From the NCBI GenBank assembly GCA_973895155.1, contig OZ316899.1:7071241-7135240 (forward strand): a stretch of 64,000 nt of DNA. Direction: 5' to 3'. Positions 62,575 to 64,000 of the stretch are shown here, in pieces. Origin of the DNA: Marsupella aquatica. Its lineage: Eukaryota; Plantae; Marchantiophyta. Numbering within the stretch: position 1 is the first letter of the stretch; each line of letters opens with the position of its first letter. The position numbers and the translations under genes are program-made. The notes beneath the pieces are model-generated. The model worked only from the letters and a program-made list of their open reading frames with translations. It was not told the DNA's origin and ran no database searches.

Positions 62575-64000
62575 TGCAAGTCGCAGAACTCGACTACCTG
62601 AACACTAAGCTCCGGCGTCACTGACTCCGATGCCAAGCTCCCTTATGGTCCAGGCCCGGATAGGCCAGCCGGGGAGGACTTAGCATGGGGAGACTTGTGG
62701 GCAACGAGACGTGGCGCTAGCGAAGGCAAGGAGCCAAGTTGGTGACACACACTAAGGACTTGGACTAGCTGAGAGCTGGTCGGGTCAAGGGGAAATGGGC
62801 CGGGCTCAAGGACGACCATCCAAATCTCCGGATGGACTTTGCGTTTTGAGGGCTTGAGTGTGAGCTCCTCTTGGGCCCAAGGCCAATGGAGTTGACGCCA
62901 TGGGCAACAAACGTGTGGGGCGCAAGTTATGGCCCAATTCGGGTTGGGCCGATCGGGGGTCCCGAACGGCGATGAGACCTGAGGACCTAGGCATGAGCAT
63001 TGGGTCGGTCCGATCACAGCGAGCTAAGGCACTCCGCTTGCGGTGGCCTAATGAGAAAGTTATGGGCTTGCCAGTTGGTGGCGCGCCCATTATGCGCAAT
63101 AGGATTCGGGTTGGGGGGCAAAATGTTTAGGGACCAAAGCTGGTCCCGGGGGTGGGAGGTCTACAGAAGCATATATGAGGGGAGTGGTGTCTCCCTGGGG
63201 GCTAAGGGCGAGCCGAAGTCGTGAGCCGCGGTGATCGCGACACTAAGGGAAACCGCCAAACGAAAATGGCGATATCTTCCTAACGGGAAGTCTGTTGGAG
63301 GACTTCTTGGATGCATTGGAAAGCTCTTGCCAAGGGCTACGCCCTCCTGAACTTACCATGGGTTCTTGGGGTTTTCGGGTGTTAACTCGCTCACTTGCCA
63401 AATCCTGCCGAACAACAGCCAAGCCGCGTTCAGTCTCCCAAGGGAGCTTGCATTGGGGAGGCAAGGCCAAGTAGGTGTGGAAGTTGAGTTCCAAGAGTGT
63501 CCAGCCCCTAGACCATCAATGAGGCAAATTGGGAGTTGGTTGCTAAAGTCAGGGCCATTCTGGTCCCGACGTGTTGGGACAAGCTTTAGGACAAGCTACG
63601 TTATTTGGGCCATGAGCATGTCCTGGGGTCAGGGCGGTCAGTTGGTGATGGATAGGTACGAGGGGGAACCTAGGCCACGCCCAAGGATGGAGTTGTTCTG
63701 GACAAACATTGGGCGTGGGTTCTGGTTCCGGCTTATGGCACCGGGAGGACCTATTGCCGACCTATTTACCAATGTCTGTTGAGCTTGAGTTAGGATGCTA
63801 GACTTGGCGAGTTCTAGATCCTGAAGGGTTACTTACCGAGGTGCTTGGTTGCTTGTGCAGACAATGAAGACCGTTGAGTAGCGGTCGTGTTGGAGAGCAA
63901 GTGCGGCTTCGTATGGGAGGGGCCGTTGGCGGTGCAAGGGGCATTAGGGTGCTTGCTCAAGGTATTCCATGGAGGCATTTGGGCACTAGGGGCATTAGGC
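62575..64000 (+). repeat. 5' LTR of element B, duplicate (cut by the window end)
   Basis: Duplicate of 25302..26727. Confidence 0.88.

Larger units (their letters stand above)
37274..64000. repeat. Copy 2 (visible part) of the 37,273-bp tandem duplication
   Basis: Near-identical to 1..26727: 37274 starts gatgaccatagagc as position 1 does, and the window ends at the equivalent of 26727. Confidence 0.98.

Overview
This window has no recognisable host gene. It is a nested retrotransposon island, most likely from a land plant, and it is repeated head-to-tail with a period of exactly 37,273 bp (1..26727 matches 37274..64000, with only 4 substitutions noticed by eye). One unit contains: (i) a decayed Ty3/gypsy chromovirus, element A (LTR, Met-PBS, gag-PR-RT-RH-INT-chromodomain, PPT, LTR), whose RT is split by a full-length L1-clade LINE with a 15-bp TSD; that LINE's ORF1 carries a 1.8-kb AT-rich insertion; (ii) a relic of an older LTR of the same chromovirus family; (iii) the 5' part of a second chromovirus copy, element B; (iv) a 5'-truncated second LINE. 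The most interesting component is a set of TG...CA-bounded elements lacking gag/pol and paired LTRs. Two of them (12130..25223 and, nested in it, 16003..24247) have perfect 5-bp TSDs. They are about 4.5-4.8 kb net and about three quarters of each is one ~1180-codon ORF (globular domain, Pro-rich linker, long coiled coil). A third, divergent family (from 27626) encodes a clear protein homolog in the same layout. All three share a covarying hairpin motif near one end with an ORF-less 2.35-kb solo-LTR-like element. My best reading is giant solo LTRs that carry a complete protein gene in U3. All coordinates and alignments were worked out by eye; no database searches were run.
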